From Spirochaetota bacterium (lineage in GTDB: Bacteria; Spirochaetota; UBA4802; UBA5550): 49,282 bases of DNA. Shown here piece by piece: positions 8,917 to 18,909 of the stretch. The stretch is taken from positions 1 through 49,282 of the forward strand of contig JBNKTL010000037.1 in the NCBI GenBank assembly GCA_050298055.1, given 5' to 3'. Below the pieces are notes generated by a model, which was not told the origin of the DNA, searched no databases, and was given only the letters and a program-made list of their open reading frames with translations. Position 1 is the stretch's first letter; each line of letters opens with the position of its first letter. Made by a program: the position numbers and the translations under genes.

Positions 8917-10386
8917 TTATCTTCCTTCCGCACCAATAACAACTTTTAATGTTTTGAATAATATCAGAAAGTCCATCTTTAGTGACCAGTTGTCAATATA
9001 TTTCAAATCAAGTTCCATCCACTGCCTGAAACTCAAATCATTTCTTTTTGGGGCAATCTGCCACAGGCAGGTAATTCCCGGCTTCATTGAAAGACGCCTC
9101 CTCTGCCAGATATCATATTGTTCCACTTCTTCCGGAATGGGGGGTCTTGGCCCCACCAGGCTCATCTCTCCTTTGAAAACATTTAAGAGCTGGGGTAGTT
9201 CGTCAAGACTTGTTTTTCTCAGTATTGTCCCGATAAAGGGAATAATCCGGGGGTCCTTTTTGATTTTAAATGCCGGACCGTCGGCCTCATTAAGTGCCTG
9301 AAGTTCCTTTAGTTTAGCTTCGGCATCTTTTACCATGGTCCTGAATTTATAACAGAAGAAGTTCCTCCCATTGAGTCCCAGTCGTTCCTGTTTGAAAAAG
9401 ATAGGTCCCTTTGAACTCATTTTTATCAGGATCATGATCAGGATAAAAAATGGTGAAATTAAGAGGAGTATTATCCCCGATAATGCTATATCAAACATGT
9501 TTTTAATAAGAAGATCCCTGTGCTTTGAACTTGTTGTGGAAAGCAGCATTGTGGGTATGCCGCAAAAATTGTCAAACATCATGGTTGCGATATTCGGCTG
9601 ATAGACCATGGCCTGAACATGCCATTCAGGAATGATTCGTACTTTTACGCCTATCAGTTCGATAAGCACCAGGTAAGAATCCACAGACTCTATCTGCCTC
9701 AGGGGCATTGCAAAGACAATCTCATCAACTACATGATTCAGCAGTATATTTTTGAGGTCATCCACTGTTCCTATGACCTCCACATCATTTTCAACAACAG
9801 TTCCAACTTTATCCTTATCAGCTTCCAGGCACCCGATGATCTTAATATCCGATTGGGATGAATATATATTTTTGATTACATTCTTTGCCCTTTTTTTACT
9901 CCCTATAATAATTACGTTGTAGATGTAATGCTCATTTTGTCTGAATGTTTTCCAGATTTTAAACACGACAAGGTGTGAAAAAAGTATAAGAAAGAGATTG
10001 AAAATATAGAATATCCCGATTAAGATCCTGCTTATATTTGAAATATTAAAAAGATAGAGGGAAGTGATAAGGATTATCATGCCGATGCTCACAGACTTGG
10101 TGACATTCCAGAGAATGTGCCTGAAATCCTTATTGAAGTCAAAATATGCCCAGTAAACTTCAAATAATCTGAAGACAATATACCAGACTATTATTATTGC
10201 CAGGAGTACGATATAATAATTTGGTGATTCGGTCAATCCGCCATAAGGGTGAGGAAGAAGGTATTTTTTAGTAAAATAAGCCCCCACAAAAGAGACAACT
10301 GTCAGACTAATATCTATAAAAGTATGGAGCTGTATAATCAGGGCTTTTTTCCTGAATATCTGTGATGTAAGAATTTTGTCAGGCAA
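8917..10386 (-). CDS. Polyprenyl-phosphate glycosylphosphotransferase (WcaJ-like priming sugar transferase)
   Basis: N-terminal TM helices, a central Rossmann-like domain, KFRTM, DPR, SLDELPQLLNV, MSLVGPRP, KPGIT. TTG start with GGAGG RBS. Confidence 0.93.
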   Translation of the reverse strand: MPDKILTSQIFRKKALIIQLHTFIDISLTVVSFVGAYFTKKYLLPHPYGGLTESPNYYIVLLAIIIVWYIVFRLFEVYWAYFDFNKDFRHILWNVTKSVSIGMIILITSLYLFNISNISRILIGIFYIFNLFLILFSHLVVFKIWKTFRQNEHYIYNVIIIGSKKRAKNVIKNIYSSQSDIKIIGCLEADKDKVGTVVENDVEVIGTVDDLKNILLNHVVDEIVFAMPLRQIESVDSYLVLIELIGVKVRIIPEWHVQAMVYQPNIATMMFDNFCGIPTMLLSTTSSKHRDLLIKNMFDIALSGIILLLISPFFILIMILIKMSSKGPIFFKQERLGLNGRNFFCYKFRTMVKDAEAKLKELQALNEADGPAFKIKKDPRIIPFIGTILRKTSLDELPQLLNVFKGEMSLVGPRPPIPEEVEQYDIWQRRRLSMKPGITCLWQIAPKRNDLSFRQWMELDLKYIDNWSLKMDFLILFKTLKVVIGAEGR

Positions 10387-10511
10387 TGTAATTCCTCCAA
10401 CAAAATAATCTAATATTCAAAAGTAAAAAAATTTTAGGCGAATTTATAACCTGCTGGACTTGCTTGCTTATTCCTTGAGTTTAAAAATAAAGTATCCTCA
10501 GGAATTACAAC

Positions 10512-10540
10512 CTTATAACATTAATCAGAATTTTTGTCAA
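10512..10540 (-). promoter_or_regulatory. sigma70-type promoter for the sugar transferase
   Basis: Minus strand TTGACA-17 bp-TATAAG with a TGn extension. Confidence 0.65.
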
Positions 10541-10555
10541 GTTTTTAAAGTGTCA

Positions 10556-10606
10556 TTCATTACACTTTATGTAGCGTTCATTACATTCTCTGTAGCATTC
10601 ATTACA
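10556..10606. promoter_or_regulatory. Three 9-bp direct repeats at 21-bp period; putative regulator site
   Basis: TTCATTACA at 10556, 10577 and 10598. Confidence 0.6.
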
Positions 10607-10733
10607 TCGGTGGAAAAAATAATCTTTTTTGCTTGCAAATTTCTTAATTTTACTAGAAGTTTGTATATTATTTTTCACCTGTCCTGTTTTTATAACGAAT
10701 ATTGTTTAAAAATAATTTTATATAAAAAATAAC

Positions 10734-11987
10734 ATGAAAAAAATTGTACTATTTTTGTTTTCTTTCTTTTATATTATAACCGGATGCAGTACCGGGACAA
10801 TGAAATCGTCATCATCAATCAATAAGAAGTTTGCCCAGGCGGTACTCTCAGATAACCTGGAACTTGCAAAAGAATTAATAAAAAAAGGGGCAGATATTAA
10901 CATAAGGGGGAACAGAAACAGGACGCTTCTCCACATAGCTGCAGGGTCAAACAAACACGGCTTAACATTATTGCTTATTAATAACGGGGCTGATGTTAAT
11001 GCCCGGGATTCCAACGGAGATAGCCCCCTTCACATGGCAGCATTAAATCTCGATATGGAGATAATAAAACTCCTTGTAGAAGAAGGGGCGGATATTAATA
11101 TCAGAAATCGATTTGGAGAAATCCCGCTCTATCATATCATTACATCACCGCTGCACAAAAACGGAATTGTCTCTCTGAAAAGCTCACAGGATGATATCCC
11201 CTCAATATTTCCTAACAGGGGTTCCATTACATCATATTTCGGCTGGAGGAGGTCCCTGTGGCACAAAGGAAACGATTTTCACCTGGGAATTGATATTGCC
11301 GCTCCTCCGGGTACTGAAGTCAGGGCCACAGCACAGGGGATTATTGTGAAAGCGGGCATGAACAAAGGTTATGGGAACTATGTTAAAATTAAACATAGTT
11401 CCGGATTTTCAACCCTCTATGCTCACCTGAAAAAAATTATAACATTCCAGGGATGCAGTGTAAAGAAGGGGGAGGTCATTGGACTGGTGGGCAGTACAGG
11501 TAATGCAACCGGCCCCCACTGCCATTATGAGATCAGGGACTGTGGGGCAATTGTCAACCCGTATCCCTACCTGCATGGCAAAACCCTGGATGAGATCAAC
11601 AGGGAAGCTGTTTATGAAATGACTGCTCTTTTTATTCAAAAAGGTGTGGATTTAAACTACAGAACAGAGTTGGAAAGAACACTTTTGCATGAGGCAGCGG
11701 TAAAGGATTATAAACTTGCGGAATTGCTGGTTAAAAAGGGCGCAGATATAAATAGGAAGGATTATAAAGGGAGAACACCCCTTCATGAGGCTGTCAGGGC
11801 AAACAGGATTAAAATAGCTGTTCTGTTATTACAAAAAGGTGCCGAGGTCAATTCCAGAACCTCTGCAAAGTTCAAAGATCTTAATTCAATTGTCTATCCT
11901 GAAAAATGTACACCATTGAAAATTGCCAGCTTATCCGGATTTTCCCGTATGGTGCATGTCCTTAAAAAATTTGGCGCCAGGGAGTAG
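10734..11987 (+). CDS. Lipoprotein with ankyrin repeats and an internal M23 peptidase domain
   Basis: Lipobox ITGC; ankyrin TLLH/SPLH/TPLH..GADVN repeats on both sides; M23 HLGID and TGPHCHYE motifs. Confidence 0.88.
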   Translation: MKKIVLFLFSFFYIITGCSTGTMKSSSSINKKFAQAVLSDNLELAKELIKKGADINIRGNRNRTLLHIAAGSNKHGLTLLLINNGADVNARDSNGDSPLHMAALNLDMEIIKLLVEEGADINIRNRFGEIPLYHIITSPLHKNGIVSLKSSQDDIPSIFPNRGSITSYFGWRRSLWHKGNDFHLGIDIAAPPGTEVRATAQGIIVKAGMNKGYGNYVKIKHSSGFSTLYAHLKKIITFQGCSVKKGEVIGLVGSTGNATGPHCHYEIRDCGAIVNPYPYLHGKTLDEINREAVYEMTALFIQKGVDLNYRTELERTLLHEAAVKDYKLAELLVKKGADINRKDYKGRTPLHEAVRANRIKIAVLLLQKGAEVNSRTSAKFKDLNSIVYPEKCTPLKIASLSGFSRMVHVLKKFGARE

Positions 11988-11990
11988 AGG

Positions 11991-12185
11991 AAATCAGTTC
12001 CAAGTTTCGTGTTCCGGGTTCCGAGTTGAAGAGTGCTGCCACGAGAAGTCAGGTAACATAATAATCTGTTTTTTCATAAATAGTTGCGTTTCACTTGCCG
12101 GGACAAGGAATGCTAAACTGATACCTGTTCGGTGTTTGTTCTTAAAATAAGTCGGAACACGGAACTCGAAACACGAAACTGATTT
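11991..12185. repeat. 37-bp imperfect inverted repeat built from 7-mers (GTTYCRW-like)
   Basis: Arms 11991-12027 and 12149-12185, 31/37 match by hand alignment. Confidence 0.75.
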
Positions 12186-12610
12186 TATAACGTTCCCAGT
12201 AAGAAAACCATAACAAACAGGGCAACAGTTTCTATTACTCCTACGACCATAATATAGTTTCCAAAACCTTTTCCCGTCTCAGCTAATGCATCAGATCCGC
12301 TTGCTCCTGCTTTCCCCTGGAAAAGGGCAGATAAACCGATAGCCATTCCACCGAGAAGGCCAACAGCCAGTTTTATTCCGGGATCAGCAGAAGAGTCCTT
12401 GATGGCATTCATAAGAATCATACCGTAAATTGTCTGTGAAAGGGGTGCTCCCACAAAAGCTACAAGAAGGAATGGCGCAGGTCTGTTCTGAACAAAACAT
12501 TTTTTCCATGCGCCGATAGCAGCCATTCCGGCAGTACCGGTTCCCAGTGCAGATCCGAAGGCCCCGAATGCCAATGCTGCTGCGAAACCGAATTTGGTGA
12601 GAAGTTCCAT
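12185..12610 (-). CDS. atpK: V-type ATP synthase subunit K
   Basis: Duplicated proteolipid with GAPLSQTIY and GVIETVALF; last gene of the operon. Confidence 0.93.
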   Translation of the reverse strand: MELLTKFGFAAALAFGAFGSALGTGTAGMAAIGAWKKCFVQNRPAPFLLVAFVGAPLSQTIYGMILMNAIKDSSADPGIKLAVGLLGGMAIGLSALFQGKAGASGSDALAETGKGFGNYIMVVGVIETVALFVMVFLLGTL

Positions 12611-12651
12611 AGTTATTATCTCCTTAGATACTTATTGAGTTTATTAATTTT

Positions 12652-12750
12652 TACTACTTGGATTTAGTTTAAATATTCATAGTGATAAAAATATAAATTA
12701 TATTTCCCTGCCGCCTTCAGGGGCGGAGAAATATCAGATATGTTTTTTAA
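12652..12750. repeat. Degenerate copy of the MITE-like repeat with GC hairpin
   Basis: ccctgccgcc-ttcag-gggcggagaaatatcagatatgtttttt resembles 44897-44940. Confidence 0.5.
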
Positions 12751-12783
12751 AATAAAATATATCATACACCGGTTATAAGAGTA

Positions 12784-14583
12784 TTAATTTTTTTTAAATG
12801 GTTTATATGAAAACCCTGACCATTCCATGCTCAGGTGTCCCGAAAACTCGAGCATGTTAAGCCTGACACCGTGCACAATCAGAGACATGCAACCTAAAAT
12901 GATATTTAACCCGTGACCGAAAAAAAGAATAAAAGCGCTTCCCAGTATGGCAACAACTCCTGATCCGAGACCTGCAGCCATTGCATTAAAACTCTTTGCA
13001 ACCTCCAGGGTCGCGAGGCCCACCGCAAAAAGTCTCACATAAGAGACAATATCCGAGAAAAACCCGATACTTCCCAGGGAAATGAGGATAAGGTTTGAAA
13101 GACCGTTGACGATCCCCTTTATAAAATTTCCTTCCTGTTCTGAGAATATTATCACGGCTCCCAGGCCCCCGAGAAGTATATGCAAAGCGTACGGATGGGA
13201 GGGAAACTTCAGGACCAGGGCCCTTATGAGAAGATAGAGTCCCCAGAGAACTCCAAGCCAGCCGATTTCCGCGTATGCTTTCAATGAGGGAAACAGCCTG
13301 ATAAAATTGAGAAGGTGAGCAACACTCAGGTGTACGGCGCCGATAATGAAGCAGATATGCATGATAAACTTATCAACATTCCCCTGGGCCAGTGATTTGA
13401 AGCTGGCAATCTGAGGTACAAGCATCCAGGAAACGGCCGGATGTGTGGCAAATGATTCCACTCCGAACCAGTTCCCTGACATCCCGCCCCAGGCGATCGT
13501 TGTTATACTTGTTACAAAAAGGAGAAGGAACGGCTCAAAAGGGACCTTTTTGAATTTGATCCTGGAGAATATTGTTATTGCAAGGAATATCAAACCGTAA
13601 CCCGCGTCCCCGATTATCATCGCCCAGAAAACACTGAAGAAGAGGAGGAACCACATACTGATGTCAAATTCCTTATATCCGGGTATGGTCCCCAGGAGCC
13701 CGAAAACAGGTTTGATGGCGTTGATCCACCGGGGATTTTCCACAAGCGTGGGAACATTGTCATCATCGGTGGGATCGCTGATCATAACACCCCAGCCGTT
13801 ATCTGCCGCGGTTTTCTTTATTTTGCCGTCAAGACGGGCAGGGGCAAAACCTGTTATAAAGGAGATGCGTTCTTCATTGTTCATGCTGTTTACGGCAGTT
13901 TCAAATTCAATGAGCTCATCCAGCTGTTTGAGACCTGAATTGAGGAGGTCCTTCTTATCAGTTAAGGCTTTTATATCGTTATCAACAATTTCCCGTTCTT
14001 TCTTCTTCTCTGCCAGTACCCGGTTTAAATCTGAAAGTGATGTTTCCGGGAGACTGATTTCATCAAAGGGAAGTTCTTCGAATCCCTCTGTAAAAACTGC
14101 CGCAAGTTTCGTGGTCACTTTTGTCTTTTCAATTGTAAAAATTTTGACATTTTCAGGGAATTGCGCAAGTTGTTCTTTGGTGACTTCATAAAGCCTTATA
14201 TCGACTCCCTTCTCTCTTAATTGATCAATATCATTTCTGTTGAAATCACCCCATGATGAAAGCCTGTCAATTTCCCTTTCGTAGTGATGGATATCATCTG
14301 TCAGTGTGAAGTGCTTCTGGCATTCCCCGTCAATTTTTTCAGCAACGAGAAGTGCGGATTCAAGACCTGTTGTTTTATCCTGCTCTAAACTCTCTTCACT
14401 TTCGGGAAGAAGGGAGATTGCCTTTGATAAAAGGGCCTTTTTGGCCTGCAGTTCACCCAGTTTTTCATTTAATTCGCTTTCGGTTTCCAGGTGAACAACA
14501 CCCAGGTCCCTGAGCGTGTCCAGTGACTGCTGGATCTGGGATGTGAGTACAACCAGGGATATCTTCTTCATTTTTACAATCAT
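12784..14583 (-). CDS. atpI: V-type ATP synthase subunit I
   Basis: MIVKMKK start, GDAGYG, SDIVSYVRLFAVGLA, VHGVRLNMLEF. Confidence 0.95.
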   Translation of the reverse strand: MIVKMKKISLVVLTSQIQQSLDTLRDLGVVHLETESELNEKLGELQAKKALLSKAISLLPESEESLEQDKTTGLESALLVAEKIDGECQKHFTLTDDIHHYEREIDRLSSWGDFNRNDIDQLREKGVDIRLYEVTKEQLAQFPENVKIFTIEKTKVTTKLAAVFTEGFEELPFDEISLPETSLSDLNRVLAEKKKEREIVDNDIKALTDKKDLLNSGLKQLDELIEFETAVNSMNNEERISFITGFAPARLDGKIKKTAADNGWGVMISDPTDDDNVPTLVENPRWINAIKPVFGLLGTIPGYKEFDISMWFLLFFSVFWAMIIGDAGYGLIFLAITIFSRIKFKKVPFEPFLLLFVTSITTIAWGGMSGNWFGVESFATHPAVSWMLVPQIASFKSLAQGNVDKFIMHICFIIGAVHLSVAHLLNFIRLFPSLKAYAEIGWLGVLWGLYLLIRALVLKFPSHPYALHILLGGLGAVIIFSEQEGNFIKGIVNGLSNLILISLGSIGFFSDIVSYVRLFAVGLATLEVAKSFNAMAAGLGSGVVAILGSAFILFFGHGLNIILGCMSLIVHGVRLNMLEFSGHLSMEWSGFSYKPFKKN

Positions 14584-14586
14584 AGT

Positions 14587-15183
14587 CTATTGAACCTTAA
14601 CAATCTTATTCTTTGATATCTTTCCTCTTACAACAGCAGCTGTCTGCTGGTCGCCAAGAAAAATCTGAATGACCCTGATGTTATGCTTTGCTTCCGGGAT
14701 CTTCACTTTTTCAAAGAGGTTGACCCTCTGGGAAGTGACCCGGAGTTCTTCCCTGAGGAGTTCTTTCTGCTTTTCAAGAACCTTCATCTCTGCGAGAAGT
14801 TCATAAATTTTCATCAGTTCAATAACAGCCCTGTCAATCCAGAGTGGCGTGGTAAAAAGATCGTATTTCACCTCTTCGAATTCAACACCCTTGAAAAGTG
14901 GAATGTCAATACCTGCAACATTTCCCTGTTCCAGTGAGAGAGAAGACATTTTAACATATTCTTCAATTCTGACATCTTCTCCGAAAACATCAACCCAGTG
15001 AGAGATACTTTCCCGTATCCTGCCCAGTTCATTTTCCTTTTCATGATGGGCGTGTTCAACCTTCTGTATCTCCATCTGGAGCTGCTGTTTCTTCAGAATC
15101 AGCGTGGGGAGATACCTGTTGAATCTCTTCAGGTCGTCCTTCTGTTTTTTGAGTTCATTTTTTGTTAACTTTATTTTAGCCAT
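14587..15183 (-). CDS. atpD: V-type ATP synthase subunit D
   Basis: LTKNELK..YLPTL.LKK, TSQRVNLFEKVKIP. Confidence 0.95.
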   Translation of the reverse strand: MAKIKLTKNELKKQKDDLKRFNRYLPTLILKKQQLQMEIQKVEHAHHEKENELGRIRESISHWVDVFGEDVRIEEYVKMSSLSLEQGNVAGIDIPLFKGVEFEEVKYDLFTTPLWIDRAVIELMKIYELLAEMKVLEKQKELLREELRVTSQRVNLFEKVKIPEAKHNIRVIQIFLGDQQTAAVVRGKISKNKIVKVQ

Positions 15184-15204
15184 AGTAATAGTCTGTCGCT
15201 GTCC

Positions 15205-16509
15205 TTAGTTTTCATTTTTTCCCGGCCAGAATTTTTCCAGGAGACCTGTCCTGAGTCCCGTCTCTTCCGGTGTAAAACACTCCGCAAGAATATTCCACCC
15301 CTTGTCAAGGGCCTGTTCCAGGGGAATATTCACACTGAGGGCCATAAGTTCTTCCTCGAACATAACACCGTATTTAAGGAGCTTGTCGTCCCAATCGGAC
15401 ATTCGAAATCCCATTGCCTTCTTTTCAAGGGTCTCCTTGTAGGACGCGTAAAGTTTGATCATCCCGTCCATGAGGGCCCGGTGATCTTCACGTGTCTTGT
15501 CATTAACAAGCTGCTTGAGCCGCGAAAGGGAACCGAAGGGTTCAATCCTTCCGTTCTTAAGATAGAACTGTCCTTCGGTGATATACCCTGTATTATCAGG
15601 GACCGGATGGGTAACATCATCACCCGGCATTGTGGTAACAGCAAGAATTGTGATAGACCCGGCTCCTTCGAAGTCAACAGCTTTCTCGTATCGTGAGGCA
15701 AGCTGGCTGTAAAGGTCTCCCGGATAACCCCTGTTTGAAGGGACCTGTTCCATGGTAATGGCAATCTCCTTCATGGAATCCGAAAAGTTGGTCATATCGG
15801 TAAGGAGGACAAGGACCCTGCTTCCGCTAAGGGCGAATTTCTCCGCGACCGCAAGTGAGATATCCGGAACCATGAGACATTCAACCACGGGGTCAGCCGC
15901 TGTGTGAACAAAGAATATGGACCTGCTGAGTGAACCGCCTTCCTCAAGAGTTTCTCTGAAGAAGAGATAGTCGTCGTACTTGAGACCCATACCGCCGATA
16001 ATAATGATGTCAACTTCCGCCTGCATGGCTATTCGCGCAAGGAGTTCATTATAGGGTTCACCGGAAACAGAGAATATGGGAAGTTTCTGTGATTCTACCA
16101 GTGTGTTAAAGAGATCGATCATGGGAACGCCTGTCCGTACCATGTTACGGGGAATAATCCTTTTTGACGGGTTGACCGAAGGTCCCGCAATTTCGATGAG
16201 GTTCTCTTCCAGAGGGGACCCCGAATCTCTCGGTTCTCCCCGTCCGTTGAATATTCTTCCCAGAAGGTTATCCGAGAACGATACCTGCATGGGATGTCCG
16301 AGAAATCTCACCTCGTCACCGGTGGATACACCCCGGCCTCCCGAGAAGACCTGGAGAGAAACCCTGTCGTTGTTGAGCCTGATGACCTCGGCCAGAGACT
16401 TCCCGTGGGCTGATGTTATCTCGGCAAGCTCACCGTATTTGATATTATCAGCATGGACTGTAATAACGTTACCTGATATTTCTTCAATTCTACTGTATAT
16501 CTTTCGCAT
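15205..16509 (-). CDS. atpB: V-type ATP synthase subunit B
   Basis: [32 protein letters not shown]. Confidence 0.96.
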   Translation of the reverse strand: MRKIYSRIEEISGNVITVHADNIKYGELAEITSAHGKSLAEVIRLNNDRVSLQVFSGGRGVSTGDEVRFLGHPMQVSFSDNLLGRIFNGRGEPRDSGSPLEENLIEIAGPSVNPSKRIIPRNMVRTGVPMIDLFNTLVESQKLPIFSVSGEPYNELLARIAMQAEVDIIIIGGMGLKYDDYLFFRETLEEGGSLSRSIFFVHTAADPVVECLMVPDISLAVAEKFALSGSRVLVLLTDMTNFSDSMKEIAITMEQVPSNRGYPGDLYSQLASRYEKAVDFEGAGSITILAVTTMPGDDVTHPVPDNTGYITEGQFYLKNGRIEPFGSLSRLKQLVNDKTREDHRALMDGMIKLYASYKETLEKKAMGFRMSDWDDKLLKYGVMFEEELMALSVNIPLEQALDKGWNILAECFTPEETGLRTGLLEKFWPGKNEN

Positions 16510-16545
16510 TTTTTGCCTCTAAAATTTCTTTGATAATTATATGGT

Positions 16546-18315
16546 TCAGCCGAACTGCCTGTTAAACTTTTCATCAATATCCTGTCCGGAATCACTTCTT
16601 TTTCCCGTGATCATCTCATTGATATCCTTTTCAAGGGACTTAAACTCGTCTGACTGGAATTCTGCTCCGTTCCAGTCGAGGAACTTCTGCCTCAGCTGGT
16701 TGAAGAATGTCCGTGAATGATCTTTGTCGGAGAGGTCGTAATTAGACAGGATTATTTTCAGTATCTGGTCGAAAACATATTCCTGTCTCTCTGCCGATGC
16801 CGCCACGTCAACCGGGTCGAAGGCGTTCTGCTGCAGATAAACAGCATCAAAGAATTCACTCTTTAAGTAGTTGATATAATCCTCGAGGCTTGTTCCCTCT
16901 TCACCCACAACCTTCATCATCTGACCGATCTCATCACCTCTGAAGAGAACGCTTCTGATATAATCGGTTTTTCTCGGATCGATGACCCCTTTGTATTTAC
17001 TCCAGCTTTCAAGGGGGTGGATGGCAGGATAGCGGCGGGCGTCAGATCTTTCCCGTGAGAGGCCATGGAAAGCCCCCACAACCTTCAGAGTTGCCTGGGT
17101 GACCGGTTCTTCGAAGTTTCCTCCAGCGGGGCTTACGGTCCCACCGATGGTAACCGAACCGATCTCTCCATCCTTCAGCCGGACAATACCGGCCCTTTCA
17201 TAGAAGGTCGCGATGACTGATTCGAGATAAGCGGGAAAGGCCTCTTCGCCGGGGATCTCTTCAAGACGTCCCGACATTTCACGCATGGCCTGTGCCCAGC
17301 GCGAAGTGGAGTCTGCCAGGAGAAGGGCGTTGAGCCCCATCTGCCTGTAATATTCCGCAAGGGTTACAGCTGTATAAACAGATGCCTCCCTTGCCGCGAC
17401 CGGCATTGAGCTTGTATTACAGATAATGATTGTCCTCTCCATAAGAGACTTCCCGGTTTTCGGGTCGGTAAGCTCGGGAAACTCCTTCAGGGTTTCAACA
17501 ACCTCACCTGCACGTTCACCGCAGGCGGCAATAATAACGATATCAACATCCGCGTAACGGCTTGTAAGCTGCTGCAGAACTGTTTTCCCCGCACCGAAAG
17601 GTCCCGGAATGCAGAAGGTCCCCCCCTGGTTAACCGGGAAGAGCGTGTCGATGATTCTGCTCTGTGTGACGAGAGGATCAACCGGTTTCAATCTCTCTTC
17701 GTAAACGTCAATGGCCTTCTTGACCGGCCAGAAGAAAGTCATAGTAAGAGGATAACTGTTTCCCCGTGAGTCTTCAATTTCGGCAATTTTATCATCAATT
17801 GTATATTCGCCCTGAGAAACAATGCTTTTTATTGTGTATGTTTCATACATATGAAAAGGGACCATTACCCTGTGGGTAAAAATACCCTCGGGAACTGTTC
17901 CAAGGGTATCCCCTCGTGCAACAGTATCGCCGGTTTTCGCAACGGGGGTGAACTTCCACTTTCTCTCCCTGTTGAGAGCCTGCAGGTAAACACCCCTGTC
18001 CAGGAAAAACCCGCACTGTTCCGCAAGCTGGGGCAGGGGATTCTGAAGACCGTCATAGATCTCACCGAGAAGTCCCGGTCCAAGTTCCACCGAAAGCAGG
18101 TCATCGGAGAATTCTACCGTATCACCGACACCGATCCCCTTGGTTATTTCAAAAACCTGCATCTCGGCCATTTTTCCTCTTATTCGAATAACCTCTGATT
18201 TGAGTTTCTTTTCACCCACAACAACATAGGCAACCTCGTTCAGGGAAACGTCTCCCTCAAACTCAACGGCTACCATGTTACCGTTTACACCGACTACCTT
18301 ACCAACGTTTGACAT
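16546..18315 (-). CDS. atpA: V-type ATP synthase subunit A
   Basis: GPFGAGKT Walker A, CGERAGE, ADSTSRWAQA, PGEEAFPAYL. Confidence 0.97.
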   Translation of the reverse strand: MSNVGKVVGVNGNMVAVEFEGDVSLNEVAYVVVGEKKLKSEVIRIRGKMAEMQVFEITKGIGVGDTVEFSDDLLSVELGPGLLGEIYDGLQNPLPQLAEQCGFFLDRGVYLQALNRERKWKFTPVAKTGDTVARGDTLGTVPEGIFTHRVMVPFHMYETYTIKSIVSQGEYTIDDKIAEIEDSRGNSYPLTMTFFWPVKKAIDVYEERLKPVDPLVTQSRIIDTLFPVNQGGTFCIPGPFGAGKTVLQQLTSRYADVDIVIIAACGERAGEVVETLKEFPELTDPKTGKSLMERTIIICNTSSMPVAAREASVYTAVTLAEYYRQMGLNALLLADSTSRWAQAMREMSGRLEEIPGEEAFPAYLESVIATFYERAGIVRLKDGEIGSVTIGGTVSPAGGNFEEPVTQATLKVVGAFHGLSRERSDARRYPAIHPLESWSKYKGVIDPRKTDYIRSVLFRGDEIGQMMKVVGEEGTSLEDYINYLKSEFFDAVYLQQNAFDPVDVAASAERQEYVFDQILKIILSNYDLSDKDHSRTFFNQLRQKFLDWNGAEFQSDEFKSLEKDINEMITGKRSDSGQDIDEKFNRQFG

Positions 18316-18330
18316 TTGATTCCTCTCCAG

Positions 18331-18903
18331 TTATTGTATCACAGGGGACTCTTCTTCGAATGTGGAAAAGTCCTCTTTTGAGATATTTTCAATTATTTCA
18401 TTAAATTTTTCGGTTCCTCTTTCTTTGTTGAAAGATTTTTTCCTCGTCAGGATCTGGAGTTTTAGATAGTAAATGATCAGTTTTTCCAGATCGAAATAGT
18501 GTCCAAGCTCCAGGTCATCAAGATAAGACCATCTCTCCCAGTTGAGTATATCTTCAGCAATAAGGGGAGATTCATGTTCAAAAGCTTCCCGGGTAACATG
18601 ATCACCGGATAAAAGTTCCGGGGTATCAGCAAGAAACTCTTCTGCGTCGACTTTTAACTTTTTTGCCCTCAGCTTAACAAGCTTGTTTCTCAGGTTTTTT
18701 TCCCAGGCGTACCAGGAATCGAGAATGCTGTTTCCGGTTTTCTTCTTCGTGAGGTCATCAATAATTGAAGATTTAATTATTTCCAGGTCCTTCCCGCTGA
18801 TATTCTCCTGGCAGGTTATCAGAAAATCATCAATCTTCGGAGCATTTTCCATCTCATAGCTCAGATGGGGAAGAGAAGCTACGGTAAAATAGTAATGAGA
18901 CAC
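18331..18903 (-). CDS. DUF2764 family protein (V-ATPase subunit C-like)
   Basis: YYFTVASLP N-terminus; lies between subunits E and A. Confidence 0.85.
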   Translation of the reverse strand: MSHYYFTVASLPHLSYEMENAPKIDDFLITCQENISGKDLEIIKSSIIDDLTKKKTGNSILDSWYAWEKNLRNKLVKLRAKKLKVDAEEFLADTPELLSGDHVTREAFEHESPLIAEDILNWERWSYLDDLELGHYFDLEKLIIYYLKLQILTRKKSFNKERGTEKFNEIIENISKEDFSTFEEESPVIQ

Positions 18904-18909
18904 TTTTAA

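Noticed and set aside
10551..10610. Possible mini-CRISPR
   Set aside because: 9-bp repeats with 12-bp similar spacers are far too short, and there are no cas genes.
10460..10732. 90-aa ORF with FIT repeats
   Set aside because: It is a translation of an AT-rich promoter region and its 21-bp repeats.
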